The translations under genes were made by a program, and so were the position numbers. From the NCBI GenBank assembly GCA_044227045.1, contig JBGAFW010000002.1, positions 67,457 to 131,456 of the forward strand: 64,000 bases of DNA. The letters run 5' to 3'. Under the pieces are notes generated by a model. It searched no databases and was not told where the DNA came from. It saw only the letters and a program-made list of their open reading frames with translations. Positions within the stretch are counted from its first letter, which is position 1, and the number at the start of each line of letters is the position of its first letter. This DNA comes from Labilithrix sp. (lineage in GTDB: Bacteria; Myxococcota_A; Polyangia; Polyangiales; Polyangiaceae). Shown piece after piece: positions 47,139-57,309 of the stretch.

Positions 47139-47501
47139 ATGATCCAAACCTATCTGCCGATGTTCTTGATGATCGCCACCGCGATCATCCTGGCTGCGCT
47201 CTTCTTCACCGGCGCGACGTTTCTTGGCGGAAAGCTCGAGAAGACGTCCGAGAAGATGAAGCCGTTCGAGTGCGGCTCCGAGAGCTCCGGAGGAAATCAC
47301 CTCAAGCTCTCCGTGAAGTTCTACCTCACGGCGATCCTCTTCGTCGTCTTCGACATCGAAGCGGTGTTCATCTACCCGTGGGCCATCCAGTTCAAGAATC
47401 TCGGCTGGTTGGGGCTCGGGTCCATGTTCGGGTTCCTCGCGGTGGTCATCGTCGCGCTCGTCTACGTCGTGAAGAAGGGAGCGCTCGAATGGGAGACATG
47501 A
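47139..47501 (+). CDS. nuoA: NADH-quinone oxidoreductase subunit A
   Basis: MIQTYLPMFLMIATAIILAALFF...PFECGSE...FDIEAVFIYPWA is the NuoA/ND3 signature. Confidence 0.9.
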   Translation: MIQTYLPMFLMIATAIILAALFFTGATFLGGKLEKTSEKMKPFECGSESSGGNHLKLSVKFYLTAILFVVFDIEAVFIYPWAIQFKNLGWLGLGSMFGFLAVVIVALVYVVKKGALEWET

Positions 47502-48085
47502 ACAAGCAGATCACGATCGAGGGAGGCGCCAGCGGCACCTCCGGGTTCGCGACGACGAAGCTCGACGCGCTCCTCGCGTGGGCACGCAAGTGGTCGCTCT
47601 TCAAGTACCCGTTCGTCACCGCGTGCTGCGGGATGGAGTTCATGGCGCTCACGAGCCCCCGCTTCGACGGCTCGGCGCGCTTCGGCGCAGAGGCCCCGCG
47701 CTTCTCGCCACGCCAGAGCGATCTGCTCTGGGTCGTCGGGACGATCTCGCAGCGCCAGGCGCCCGTGCTCAAGCGCATCTACGAGCAGATGATGGAGCCG
47801 AAGTGGGTCCTCGCGTTCGGAACGTGCGCGAGCTGCGGCGGCTTCTACGACAACTACACGACGGTGCCCGGCATCGACAAAATCATCCCGTGCGACGTCT
47901 ACGTCCCCGGATGCCCGCCGCGTCCCGAGGCGGTGCTCGATGGGCTCATGCTTCTTCAAGACAAGATCACGCACAACGCCTCGGGCGATCGCCGCCCGGG
48001 CATCGTGAAGCCACGCGAAGATCCGGTTCGCGAGCTCGTGCAGCTTGGCAAGAAGCCGTCGCGTAGGCAGACCGAGGAATCCTGA
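47498..48085 (+). CDS. nuoB: NADH-quinone oxidoreductase subunit B (20 kDa, N2 cluster)
   Basis: CCGMEFMA, GTCASCGGFYDNY, PGCPPRPEA. GGGAGA RBS. The ATG overlaps the nuoA stop (the alternative ATG at 47489 is also in frame). Confidence 0.9.
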   Translation: MNKQITIEGGASGTSGFATTKLDALLAWARKWSLFKYPFVTACCGMEFMALTSPRFDGSARFGAEAPRFSPRQSDLLWVVGTISQRQAPVLKRIYEQMMEPKWVLAFGTCASCGGFYDNYTTVPGIDKIIPCDVYVPGCPPRPEAVLDGLMLLQDKITHNASGDRRPGIVKPREDPVRELVQLGKKPSRRQTEES

Positions 48086-48086
48086 G

Positions 48087-48749
48087 ATGAGCATTCGCGC
48101 GCTCGAGACACTGAAAGAGAAATTCGGCGAGGCCATCCTCGAGACGCACTCCGAGTACGGCGATGACACCGCTGTGGTCGAGGCGTCTCGCTGGAAGGAG
48201 ATCTGCCGCTTCCTCCGCGACGACTCGCGGATGGCGTTCGACATGCCGGTCGACCTCTGCGGCGTCGACTACCCGGAGCGCACGCCGCGCTTCGAGGTCG
48301 TCCTTCACCTCTACTCGGTGAGCAAGCGCCAGCGCCTTCGTTTGAAGGCACGCGTCGGCGACGCCGAGGGTGAGTCGGCCGAGATCGACACCGTCTGTGA
48401 CGTGTGGGTCGGCGTGAACTGGTACGAGCGCGAGACCTACGATCTGATGGGGATCAGCTTCAAAGGTCACCCCGATCTCCGCCGCATCCTCATGTACCCC
48501 GAGTTCGAAGGGCACCCGCTCCGCAAGGACTACCCCGCGAACAAGGCGCAGCCGCTCGTCCCGTACCGCACGGAGGAGGAGGCCGGCCTTCCGCTCGGCA
48601 AGCTCGACCCGTTCCACGCGGACGAGGGCATGTCGTTCGGTCGCAAGCAATACGAAGGTCGCGAGCTCCACGAGACGCTCGCCGGCCAATCCGCGAAGAC
48701 CAGCACGTCTTCGTGGAATGGGCGAAGCCCCAAGGAAGGTGACAACTAA
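48087..48749 (+). CDS. nuoC: NADH-quinone oxidoreductase subunit C (30 kDa)
   Basis: NuoC core (DLCGVDYPE, VNWYERETYDLMGISFKGHPDLRRIL). Confidence 0.9.
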   Translation: MSIRALETLKEKFGEAILETHSEYGDDTAVVEASRWKEICRFLRDDSRMAFDMPVDLCGVDYPERTPRFEVVLHLYSVSKRQRLRLKARVGDAEGESAEIDTVCDVWVGVNWYERETYDLMGISFKGHPDLRRILMYPEFEGHPLRKDYPANKAQPLVPYRTEEEAGLPLGKLDPFHADEGMSFGRKQYEGRELHETLAGQSAKTSTSSWNGRSPKEGDN

Positions 48750-49963
48750 TGGAGCCCATCGATCTCGATCTCGACGACGACGAGCTCGAGCTCCCTGCGG
48801 AGCCGATGCATCTCAACATGGGCCCGTCGCACCCCGCGATGCACGGCACCGTGCGTATCGTCCTCGAGCTCTCCGGCGAGACGATCGTGAAGAGCGACGT
48901 GCAGATCGGCTACTTGCATCGCGGCTTCGAGAAGATGTGCGAGCGCGGGACCTGGGCGCAGGTCTTCCCGTACGTCGATCGCTTGAACTACGTCTCGCCG
49001 ATGCTCAACAACGTGGGCTACGCGCTCGCGGTCGAGAAGCTCTGCGAGATCGAGGTGCCCGAGCGCTGCAAGTGGTACCGCATGATCTTGGGCGAGCTCG
49101 CCCGCATCTCCGATCACCTCACGTGCAACGGCGCGATGGCGATGGAGCTCGGCGCGTTCACGCCGTTCCTCTGGTACATCAAGGCGCGCGAGATGGTGTG
49201 GGACATCCTCGAAGAGGAGACCGGCGCCCGCCTCACGCACTCGTTCGGACGCATCGGCGGCATGGCCAACCCGCCCACGCCCGCGCTGAAGGAGATGTGC
49301 CGCGAAGCCATCCCGGCGATCTTGAAGCTCGTCGAAGAAGGCGAGGGGATGCTCCTCAAGAACCGCATCTTCATCGACCGCCTCGAGAACATCGGGAACA
49401 TCTCGCAAGAAGACGCGATCGCGCTCTCGTGGACGGGCCCGTGCCTTCGCTCCACCGGCTGCGCCTACGACGTCCGCAAGGCGCACCCGTACCTCAAGTA
49501 CGACGAAGTCGACTTCGACGTCCCGGTCGGCACGAAGGGCGACAACCTCGATCGCTTCCTCTGCCGCCTCGCGGAGCTCCGTCAGAGCTGCAAGATCATC
49601 TTGCAGTGCTGCGAGCGCATGGCCGACGAAGGCCCGGTGAACGTCGATGACCCGCGCGTCATCTACCCGCCGAAGCAGGACGTCTACACGACGATCGAAG
49701 CCACGATCCAGCACTTCAAGCTCGTGATGGAGGGCGCGAAGGTCCCGAAGGGCGAGGTCTACTCCTACACCGAGGGCGGTAACGGCGAGCTCGGCTTCTA
49801 TCTCGTGTCGGATGGCACGGGGACGCCCGCGCGCGTGCGTATCCGCCCGCCGTGCTTCCCGATTACGTCGGGGCTCTCGATGCTGATCAACGGCGCCATG
49901 CTGAGCGACATCGTCCCCACGTTCGGGTCGCTCAACATGATCGGCGGCGAGTGCGATCACTGA
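48749..49963 (+). CDS. nuoD: NADH-quinone oxidoreductase subunit D (49 kDa)
   Basis: MHLNMGPSHPAMHGTVRI, GYLHRGFEKMCE, and the C-terminal RIRPPCF. Start by TAATG overlap. Confidence 0.95.
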   Translation: MEPIDLDLDDDELELPAEPMHLNMGPSHPAMHGTVRIVLELSGETIVKSDVQIGYLHRGFEKMCERGTWAQVFPYVDRLNYVSPMLNNVGYALAVEKLCEIEVPERCKWYRMILGELARISDHLTCNGAMAMELGAFTPFLWYIKAREMVWDILEEETGARLTHSFGRIGGMANPPTPALKEMCREAIPAILKLVEEGEGMLLKNRIFIDRLENIGNISQEDAIALSWTGPCLRSTGCAYDVRKAHPYLKYDEVDFDVPVGTKGDNLDRFLCRLAELRQSCKIILQCCERMADEGPVNVDDPRVIYPPKQDVYTTIEATIQHFKLVMEGAKVPKGEVYSYTEGGNGELGFYLVSDGTGTPARVRIRPPCFPITSGLSMLINGAMLSDIVPTFGSLNMIGGECDH

Positions 49964-50033
49964 GGCGATCCTCTCGCTTCTCGATCTCTCACTCCTCGTG
50001 TGACACCCGACGGTGACGCGGTACGCTGGGCGG

Positions 50034-51395
50034 ATGGCTCTTCCGCCCGGTCCGCGCACGCCGATGATCTGGCAGACGGTACGGTTCGTCATGCAACCGA
50101 GGTCGTACGCGTCCTCGATGCGCCAACACTTCGGCGACGCCGTCAGCTTTCACACGGCGCTCGGCAAGGGCATGGCTGTCTTCGAGGCTTCGCTCGCGCG
50201 AGAGGTCTTCGCCGCGCCTCCCGACACGTTCGAGACGATCGAGTCGGTGGGGGCGATCTTCGGTGAGCGCGCGGTCATCGCGACGTCCGGCGTGCTCCAC
50301 AAGAAGCAGCGAAAGATCCTGAATCCTCCGTTCCACGGGGCGCGGATCAAGGCGCTGCTCGGCACGATCCAGCGCGTCGTGAAGCGGCACGTCGACGCGC
50401 TCACAAAACCGCTCCGCGTCGGCGACGTCGTCAAGATGACGGACATCACGCAAGCGATGACGCTCGACGTGATCCTCGAGACCGTGTTCGGCTCGAACGC
50501 CGACGACGGTCGCCTCGATCGAGGTCGCGAGGTGCTCATCGGCATCACCCACGGCTTCAACCCCGCGATCATCACGACGAAGCGGCTTCACAAGCCGTGG
50601 TTCCCGCCGTGGCGCAAATACCTCGGGGTGCGCGCGGAGTTCGACGCGTGGGTGATGTCGCTCGTCGACGAGCGACGCAAGCAGGGTGACCTGGGCGAGG
50701 ACCTGCTCGGCCTCTTCTTGTCGACGCGCTACGACGACGGCGCCCCGATGAGCGACGCGGAGATCAAGGACCACCTCATCACGCTGCTCCTCGCGGGGCA
50801 CGAGACGAGCGCGATCGCGATCGCATGGGCGGTCTACTGGATGCTTCGCGAGCCGTCCGTCCTCACGCGTGTGCGCAAGGAGGTCGCCGCGCTCGGGCCC
50901 GCATGCACGGCCGAGCAGCTCGCGCGCCTCCCGTATCTGCAGGCGGTCGCCTCGGAGTCGCTTCGGATCGAGCCGGTCGTCACGGACGTCGTCCGCCGCT
51001 GCCGATCTCCGCTCACGATCCGCGACTGGACGGTGCCTGCGGGCGATCACATCGCGGTGATGATCGGATCGATCTTGAACGACGAGCGCGTCTTCCCAAA
51101 ACCGAACGAGTTCAAGCCCGAGAGATTTCTCGATCGCAGCTACCACGCAGGCGAGTTCCTTCCGTTCGGCGGCGGCCAGCGCCGTTGCCTCGGTGCGGCG
51201 TTCGCCGAGGCCGAGCTCGCGATCGCGATCGCCACGATCGCGTGCGACCTCGAGCTCGAGCTCGCCGAGCCGAGCTACGTCGAGCGATCGGTCCGCCGCA
51301 ACATCACGATGGGTCCCTCGCATGGCGTCCGCGTGCGTGTGCTCGGCGCTCGCCCAGCCGTCCACGAGACGACACGCATCGCCGCCGCATCCTGA
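50034..51395 (+). CDS. Cytochrome P450
   Basis: I-helix AGHETS. ESLR (ExxR). Haem loop FGGGQRRCLGAAFA. Begins 70 nt after nuoD on the same strand. Confidence 0.85.
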   Translation: MALPPGPRTPMIWQTVRFVMQPRSYASSMRQHFGDAVSFHTALGKGMAVFEASLAREVFAAPPDTFETIESVGAIFGERAVIATSGVLHKKQRKILNPPFHGARIKALLGTIQRVVKRHVDALTKPLRVGDVVKMTDITQAMTLDVILETVFGSNADDGRLDRGREVLIGITHGFNPAIITTKRLHKPWFPPWRKYLGVRAEFDAWVMSLVDERRKQGDLGEDLLGLFLSTRYDDGAPMSDAEIKDHLITLLLAGHETSAIAIAWAVYWMLREPSVLTRVRKEVAALGPACTAEQLARLPYLQAVASESLRIEPVVTDVVRRCRSPLTIRDWTVPAGDHIAVMIGSILNDERVFPKPNEFKPERFLDRSYHAGEFLPFGGGQRRCLGAAFAEAELAIAIATIACDLELELAEPSYVERSVRRNITMGPSHGVRVRVLGARPAVHETTRIAAAS

Positions 51396-51455
51396 ATCGG
51401 AGCGACCCGGCCGTTCGGTCCAACCCGTCGGATCCACCTCGCGCGTCCGCCGAGG

Positions 51456-51666
51456 AAGCATGCGACCCCTGAGCGAGTCTTCGAGCGAAGGGGGATCCGT
51501 TTGCGCGGAGCGCAAATCGGTCGCATGCGCGGGGTTTGGGGCGGAGCCCCATGTTGAGCGTGAAGCATGCGACCCCTGAGCGAGTCTTCGAGCGAAGGGG
51601 GATCCGTTTGCGCGGAGCGCAAATCGGTCGCATGCGCGGGGTTTGGGGCAGAGCCCCAACGTGAAG
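51456..51666. repeat. Intergenic hairpin-repeat element, locus 2 (about 2 tandem units of roughly 105 bp)
   Basis: Same family as locus 1. The outer stem is GTCGCATGC/GCATGCGAC here versus GTCGTATGC/GCATACGAC at locus 1, a compensatory change. The GGAG-looped hairpins are conserved. Confidence 0.7.
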
Positions 51667-51761
51667 AGCTTGCCCGACGCGCGAGAGGCGACTACACACG
51701 GCAGCACGAACCGGTAACGGGGAGCTGGTAGAAACGCCGCGCCTGCAAAACGCGGAGAGTC

Positions 51762-52406
51762 GTGTCCGAGAATCGTCGCGAGACGGAGTCCGAGTGGTTG
51801 GTATACCGAGTCGATGGGCCACCGATGGGGCCTATGACGACGTCGGCTGTGGCGGAGGCCATCCTGACGGGCAGGCTGCCGCCCGACGTGTGGATCGCCG
51901 CGCCGACCGCGATGCGGTGGCTCCGCGCGATCGACGTCCCGGTGATCGCATCGCTCGCGTTCGCCGAGCCGACGCGCCGTCCACGTGAGTCGGGCATGCA
52001 ACGCGTGCCCGCGCCGCCTGGCGTCGGGATCCCACCGCTCAAGCCGCCACCGCCGCCGCCGCGCAAGCTCGACGCGACGGTGAAGAGCGCCGGCACGCCC
52101 GCCGAGCCACCAAGCCTTGGGTCGCCGCCCACGCCCGTCACCGTCGACAGCAAAGACGCGCTCTTTGGCCCCGTCACCGATCGCGACTCCGAGCCTGCGC
52201 CGACGGTCCGATCGACGAACCCGCGCGGACCTGACGGCTTTCCGATCCCGACACCCACGCCGACCCCGACGCCCACGCCCACGCCGCCTCGGCCGATCTA
52301 CCGTGGCGGAGAGACGCTCGAGTCACCCGGTCAGGACCGCGGCCGCGAGGAGGGCGAAGGTGGAAGCAGCGGAGAGGTGCCGCGGAAGAAGATGCTCGCG
52401 TCGTGA
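51762..52406 (+). CDS. Hypothetical protein with an N-terminal GYF-like (DUF4339-like) domain and a Pro-rich tail carrying (TP)6
   Basis: EWLVYRVDGPPMGPMTTSAVAEAILTGRLPPDVWIAAPTAMRWLRAIDV. GTG start. Confidence 0.45.
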   Translation: MSENRRETESEWLVYRVDGPPMGPMTTSAVAEAILTGRLPPDVWIAAPTAMRWLRAIDVPVIASLAFAEPTRRPRESGMQRVPAPPGVGIPPLKPPPPPPRKLDATVKSAGTPAEPPSLGSPPTPVTVDSKDALFGPVTDRDSEPAPTVRSTNPRGPDGFPIPTPTPTPTPTPTPPRPIYRGGETLESPGQDRGREEGEGGSSGEVPRKKMLAS

Positions 52407-52437
52407 GGGCGATCGCACAGAAGCGCGCAGTCGTGAC

Positions 52438-53241
52438 TCAGTGAAAGGCGCTGCACACGACGCTGAGGACGAGCAGGCCCACGATCACGCCGACCGACCC
52501 GACGCGGCGAACGAACGGTGATGGCGTAGGCAGCCGCTTTCCGGTGAGCACCGAGAAGAGCATCGGCGACGCCGCGAGGACGTGAACGCCGTTCAAGACC
52601 GAGAAGAAGCCGCGCAGCTCGCCGTCCACGTGCACGATGCCGAGCGTCACGATGACGAACATGAGCGCGGAAGTCGCGACCGTGACGAGCGCGCCCCACA
52701 GCGCGACGCGGTAGAGGCCAAGAAACCCGATCAGGTACGCGACGCCGGAGAAGGCCATCAAGAGGCCCAAGCCCGCCGAGTCGCCACGACCGACGAGCGC
52801 GACGACGGCGAAGAGCAAAAACGTCTGCGCGTCGGCGAGCGCGAACACCATCAAGAGCAGCAGCGAGCTACGAAACGCAGCGGGCGCGTACGCGTCGGTC
52901 TCCGTCGCCTCGGCGAGCCCGTCCCTGCCGATCGCGAGCAGCGCGACACCGCACGTGCACGCGAGCTCGACGCCGCCCGTTCGCTCGCGACCGTTTCCAA
53001 CGACGGTGAGCACGACGCCGAGCGCGAGGTTCGACCACCACACCGCGCGCGCGAGGAGCTGCGGCCCGAGCTTCGTGACATGGACCGTGAACGCGGCGAC
53101 GACCAAGAGCGAGAGCGGAACGCCGAGGATCCACCAATCCGACGGGGCGGTCTGCGCGAGCGCGGCGAGCGCGCCAAGGCTGAGCGCGCTCGCGACGAGG
53201 CGTCGAGCGAGCCGCGCAGGGTTCATGAGCACCGTGCTCAT
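52438..53241 (-). CDS. Integral membrane protein (about 8 TM), hypothetical
   Basis: Internal ATG (MSTVLMNPARL), coupled by ATGA to the upstream zinc-ribbon gene. Multiple hydrophobic helices. Confidence 0.55.
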   Translation of the reverse strand: MSTVLMNPARLARRLVASALSLGALAALAQTAPSDWWILGVPLSLLVVAAFTVHVTKLGPQLLARAVWWSNLALGVVLTVVGNGRERTGGVELACTCGVALLAIGRDGLAEATETDAYAPAAFRSSLLLLMVFALADAQTFLLFAVVALVGRGDSAGLGLLMAFSGVAYLIGFLGLYRVALWGALVTVATSALMFVIVTLGIVHVDGELRGFFSVLNGVHVLAASPMLFSVLTGKRLPTPSPFVRRVGSVGVIVGLLVLSVVCSAFH

Positions 53242-53555
53242 CGAAACGGACCGTCCTTCGCGTTCGTCGTGTCGATCAACTTGATGCCTCGCGCTGGATC
53301 CGGGGTGAGGCCGCGGAAGCCATCGGCCCAGAGCTCCGAGTAGCCGCACCCATCGCAGAGGAAGAGGTCGAAGTGACCTTGCGGGCGGACGCGGCCCCAC
53401 TGCGCGCCGAGGACGCTCTTCGCGGCGGCTGGATCTGGCTGGTGCGGGACGACCGGAAGCTCGCGGCCGTCCGCGCTCTCACCCGGCACGCGGTACTTCT
53501 CGATCACCCAGATTCGCTTCGACGCACACTTCGGACAGCGGAGGAGGTTCTTCAT
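53238..53555 (-). CDS. Small zinc-ribbon protein
   Basis: MKNLLRCPKCAS...LFLCDGCGYSELW gives two CxxC pairs. The stop overlaps the downstream start (ATGA). Confidence 0.45.
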   Translation of the reverse strand: MKNLLRCPKCASKRIWVIEKYRVPGESADGRELPVVPHQPDPAAAKSVLGAQWGRVRPQGHFDLFLCDGCGYSELWADGFRGLTPDPARGIKLIDTTNAKDGPFR

Positions 53556-53829
53556 GACGATCCAGTCACGCTTCAGAGTAACGCACGTGGCGGATTGTTC
53601 CTGCACCTGCGCTCCTCTTTCGAACGCGCGAGATGGCCGGCATGTGCGCGAGCGTTGGTTGCGCCGCGATCCAAGCGCTCCCGGCGCGCAGATCCGGTGA
53701 GCATGTGAGCCTTGCGCAAGTCGCGCACGATCCGGACGACCTGGGTGGAACATTGTCTTCCCATGGTGAAACCGGTGCTCGTCCGACGGATCGCGCTTTG
53801 CACGGAGGGAGCGCGAAGGGAACGGTTGT

Positions 53830-54717
53830 ATGGTGCACAGAATTCTTCCATTCGCTGCGCTGCTGGTGGTCGCCGGTTGTGGCGTGAGCACTTCCGGAGG
53901 AATCGAGCCGCTCAGCGGAGACGACCCGACGGGCCAAACGCCCGCGAGCGGCGCGCCGAAGACCCCGGCGAGCAGCAGCTCGAACGGAAAGGCGCCAACT
54001 CCCATTCAAGACGTCCCGGCCTCGGAGATCCCGAGCGCGCCGCCTGCGAGCAACACCCCTGCGCAGCCGATGCCCACCGGCGAGCCTGCGACGGCGATCT
54101 CGCCATTTCATCCGAGCGGCAGTCTCACGTACCAGAGGCCGATCATCTGGACGATCAGCGCCTTCGACGAGATGACGCCCATCCATTACACGACGGACGG
54201 CAGCGCACCCGACTCGAGCTCGCAGACGGGGATCGGGAAGGTGACGCTCCAGAACCTCGCCGAAGGCACCCGCATTCGATGGGTGGCGGCGACGGGCTCG
54301 ACGATTCACGAGATGACGGTCCACGTCAACTCGTCGCTCGCGACCGAGACCCATCACATCGTCGAGAACGTTCGCTTCACCGCGTCCGGCGGACCCATCG
54401 TCCACGTGAAGCCCGGCGCGACCGTCGCGGGAAAGGCCGGCGCCGCGGTGTGGAACGGCCAGAGCAACTGCCCGACGTGCATCGATCAGATCACGCTTGG
54501 GATCTCCTCGGCGGCGACCTGCCTCGTGAGCGTTCAGCCCAACACGTTTCCTGGAAGCGCGGGCTCCGACGTGAGCTTCAGCATCAAGGCGCCGACCGCG
54601 CCAGGCGTCTACAAGATGCGGACCGGGTTCACGCAACAATACAAATGCGCGGACGCGATCGGCCAAGCGCTCCACGACACCGAGGTCGGTACGATCATCG
54701 TCGACGCGAACCCGTAA
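53830..54717 (+). CDS. Lipoprotein with a chitobiase/hexosaminidase-C-like beta domain
   Basis: Lipobox (LLVVAGCG). IHYTTDGSAPDSSS resembles a CHB_HEX_C-like motif. The antisense ORF 53566..55101 is Arg-rich junk. Confidence 0.6.
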   Translation: MVHRILPFAALLVVAGCGVSTSGGIEPLSGDDPTGQTPASGAPKTPASSSSNGKAPTPIQDVPASEIPSAPPASNTPAQPMPTGEPATAISPFHPSGSLTYQRPIIWTISAFDEMTPIHYTTDGSAPDSSSQTGIGKVTLQNLAEGTRIRWVAATGSTIHEMTVHVNSSLATETHHIVENVRFTASGGPIVHVKPGATVAGKAGAAVWNGQSNCPTCIDQITLGISSAATCLVSVQPNTFPGSAGSDVSFSIKAPTAPGVYKMRTGFTQQYKCADAIGQALHDTEVGTIIVDANP

Positions 54718-54734
54718 CGGCGTCCTGGCCGACG

Positions 54735-56102
54735 TCACACGAGCCGCGAGATCGGGCGCTTCGCGATGACGATGAAGCGCCAGAGGAGCGCGATCGCGAC
54801 GAGCGCGAGCCCCGCGAGGAGACCAATCCAGAGGCCCTTCGCGCCGAAGCCGGCGTAGAAGCCGAGCCAGATCGCGAGAGGGAAGCCGACGAGCCAGTGC
54901 GCGGCGACATTGGCGACGAACGAGAAGCGCACGTCGGCCGCGCCCCGAAGCGCGCCCGCCGCGACGCCCTGGACGCCGTCGAAGAGCTGGAAGGCCGCGG
55001 CGACGACGAGCAGGCTCGCGCCGAGCTCGATCACGGCGGCGTCTTCGGTGAAGGCCGCGACGAGCGGACGACGGAGAGCGAGGAAGGCGACCGCGCTGCA
55101 TGACATGAAGAGCGCCCCGAGGGCGATGCCGATGAGGCCGGGCGCGCGCGGCGATCGCCGCTCACCGATCGCATGGCCCACGCGAACGGCGGTCGCGCCG
55201 CTGATGCCGAGCGCGCCCATGAACGTGAAGCTCGCGAGGCCGATGGCGATCTGATGCGCGCTCACGGCGACGCGGCCGAGGCGTCCGGCGAGGACCGCGA
55301 CGAACGCGAAGACGCCGATCTCGGCGAGCAGCTGAAGGCCGATCGGCATGCCGATGCGAAGCACCTTGCGGATGGGCAGCTCGCTCCCTTCGGGCACCTC
55401 GGCGTTCGCGCCCTCTCCGTGGCCCGAGACGGGCCGCATCTTCCAGACGGAGGCGAGCACCCAGAGCGCGAGGACCCACGTCGAGATCGTGTTCGCGAGC
55501 CCGGCGCCGAACGCGCCGAGGCGCGGAAAGCCGACCGCCGGCAAATGGATCGCGACGAGCGCCTCGTCGCCCCGCACGAGGAGGTTGCACACGATGATGT
55601 TCACGACGTTCGCGACGCCCGAGGCGACGAGCGACGGCATCGTGCGCTCGTGCGCCTGGAGGAACGACTTGGCGCTGAGGAAGATGCAGAATGCAAGCAT
55701 CCCGGGGAGGTTCGGATAGACGAAGGCGCGCGCCGGCTCGATGAGCTCGGGCTCGACGCCGATGAGGCCGAGCGTGTACGTGGCGGCGATCGCGAGGACG
55801 GCGCATGGGACCCAGACGAGGAACGACGCGGCGAGCGTCGCGCGAAGCGAACGCCAGGCGTCGAGGCGATCGCTCGCGCCGACGGCCTGGGAGGCGAGCG
55901 GCTCGAGCGCCGAGGCCACGCCGATGCCCACGGCGATCGCCGCGAAGTTGATCGATCGACCGACGCTCGCGCCACCCAGATCGGTGGCCGAGGCATGACC
56001 GAGCACCGCGACGTCGACGAGGCCGATCGCCGTAAGCCCGAACTGCGCCATCGCGATCGGCGTCGCGAGGCGGGCGATCGTCCACGCTTCGCTCTTGAGC
56101 AC
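54735..56102 (-). CDS. MATE-family multidrug/oligosaccharide efflux transporter
   Basis: 12-TM MATE pattern (ARLATPIAMAQFGLTAIGLVDVAVLGH). A GTG start at 56102 gives 455 aa; the track ORF extends a further 162 aa upstream, which is implausible. Confidence 0.75.
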   Translation of the reverse strand: MLKSEAWTIARLATPIAMAQFGLTAIGLVDVAVLGHASATDLGGASVGRSINFAAIAVGIGVASALEPLASQAVGASDRLDAWRSLRATLAASFLVWVPCAVLAIAATYTLGLIGVEPELIEPARAFVYPNLPGMLAFCIFLSAKSFLQAHERTMPSLVASGVANVVNIIVCNLLVRGDEALVAIHLPAVGFPRLGAFGAGLANTISTWVLALWVLASVWKMRPVSGHGEGANAEVPEGSELPIRKVLRIGMPIGLQLLAEIGVFAFVAVLAGRLGRVAVSAHQIAIGLASFTFMGALGISGATAVRVGHAIGERRSPRAPGLIGIALGALFMSCSAVAFLALRRPLVAAFTEDAAVIELGASLLVVAAAFQLFDGVQGVAAGALRGAADVRFSFVANVAAHWLVGFPLAIWLGFYAGFGAKGLWIGLLAGLALVAIALLWRFIVIAKRPISRLV

Positions 56103-56569
56103 AGCGGCTGGGTTTAAGGTCGCCGCGGGAGTGGGCCCGGACGAGATAGGGGAGGACAACGGCCGTACATCGTAGCACTTGGGTCGATCCTCCGGCTCGG
56201 CCTGGACAGCGGAGCGACCAATTCGAGAAAGCGAACGGAGACGCGGTGTTCCCCTTACGATGTAAATCGGTGCTTGATAGCGACGATCTTCGCCCCACGC
56301 TGAACGCCGAACCGCGCGTGCCGTTTGGCTCCTTAGCAAGTGATCGCGCTCGTCATACCGCTGCAGCAGGAAGCCACGAGGGGAGTCCGCGCCCCGAGCA
56401 AAACGCCAAATTCGCCAGGAAAAATGTGGGTCGCGTCCGCGTCGCGCCTTGACGAGAACGCGAATTCGGCGCCTCATCGAAGAGGGCTTTCGCTTGGTGT
56501 CCGGCCAGGAGACACGGCGATCCATTTGATCGCTTCTGGTCGCGAGGCTAGTGGAGGGGAGACGAAGTA

Positions 56570-57184
56570 ATGCCGCCGAAGCCACCAACGAACAAGACGA
56601 AGACAGAGCCGGGTCTCGGCAGCGGCGGAGGAATGCCCCGCATGGACAGCGCCGAGATGAAGCGCGTTCGGGAGAGCTTTCGCAGCCACCCGGACGAGCC
56701 GGTCCCCGAGTCGCGCGACGCGTCGCGGCCCCGCCTTCGTGACAGCGTTCGCCGTGAGGATCCGGACGACGCTCCGATCCAGACGAAGGAGTCGGTCTCG
56801 CCGAACCCGCCGCGCGCGTCGCTGACGCCCGGGCAGGCGCCGCGATCCAACCCGCCGCGGAAGACGGCTTCGTGGGAGCCCGAGGCTCCGACGGGCACGC
56901 GCCGCAAGGCGCGGAGCGGTCGCCCGCCCGTGACGGTGGACGAGGTCGGCATCGGCGCCGTCAAGCTCGCGCGCAAGTCCGTTCGTGAGAGCGCCCCGAA
57001 GCTCGTCGCGTCGCGCGGAATGATCGCCAAGGCGCCGATCGACACGCGCGCTGCGTTCGTCCTCTCGCTCGTCGACGGACGAAACACGATGGGCGCGATC
57101 GTCGACATGTCCGGGATGCTCGAAGACGAGGTCAAGGCGATCCTCGAACGCCTCGCGCGTCTCGGCCTGATCAGCCTTCCGTAG
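56570..57184 (+). CDS. Hypothetical basic/Pro-rich protein with a conserved C-terminal domain
   Basis: Strong RBS (GGAGGGGAGACGAAGTAATG). C-terminus AAFVLSLVDGRNTMGAIVDMSGMLEDEVKAILERLARLGLISL. Confidence 0.55.
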   Translation: MPPKPPTNKTKTEPGLGSGGGMPRMDSAEMKRVRESFRSHPDEPVPESRDASRPRLRDSVRREDPDDAPIQTKESVSPNPPRASLTPGQAPRSNPPRKTASWEPEAPTGTRRKARSGRPPVTVDEVGIGAVKLARKSVRESAPKLVASRGMIAKAPIDTRAAFVLSLVDGRNTMGAIVDMSGMLEDEVKAILERLARLGLISLP

Positions 57185-57309
57185 GGACAGCCAGGATCCG
57201 GCTCGAAACGGCGCTGCGGCCGCCGGGATCCCCAGCAAAATCTTCGCCGGTCACGGAACAAGCTTCCAACCGCCAGGGATTCGTCGTAAATCCGGGCCCA
57301 GCGGAAGCT

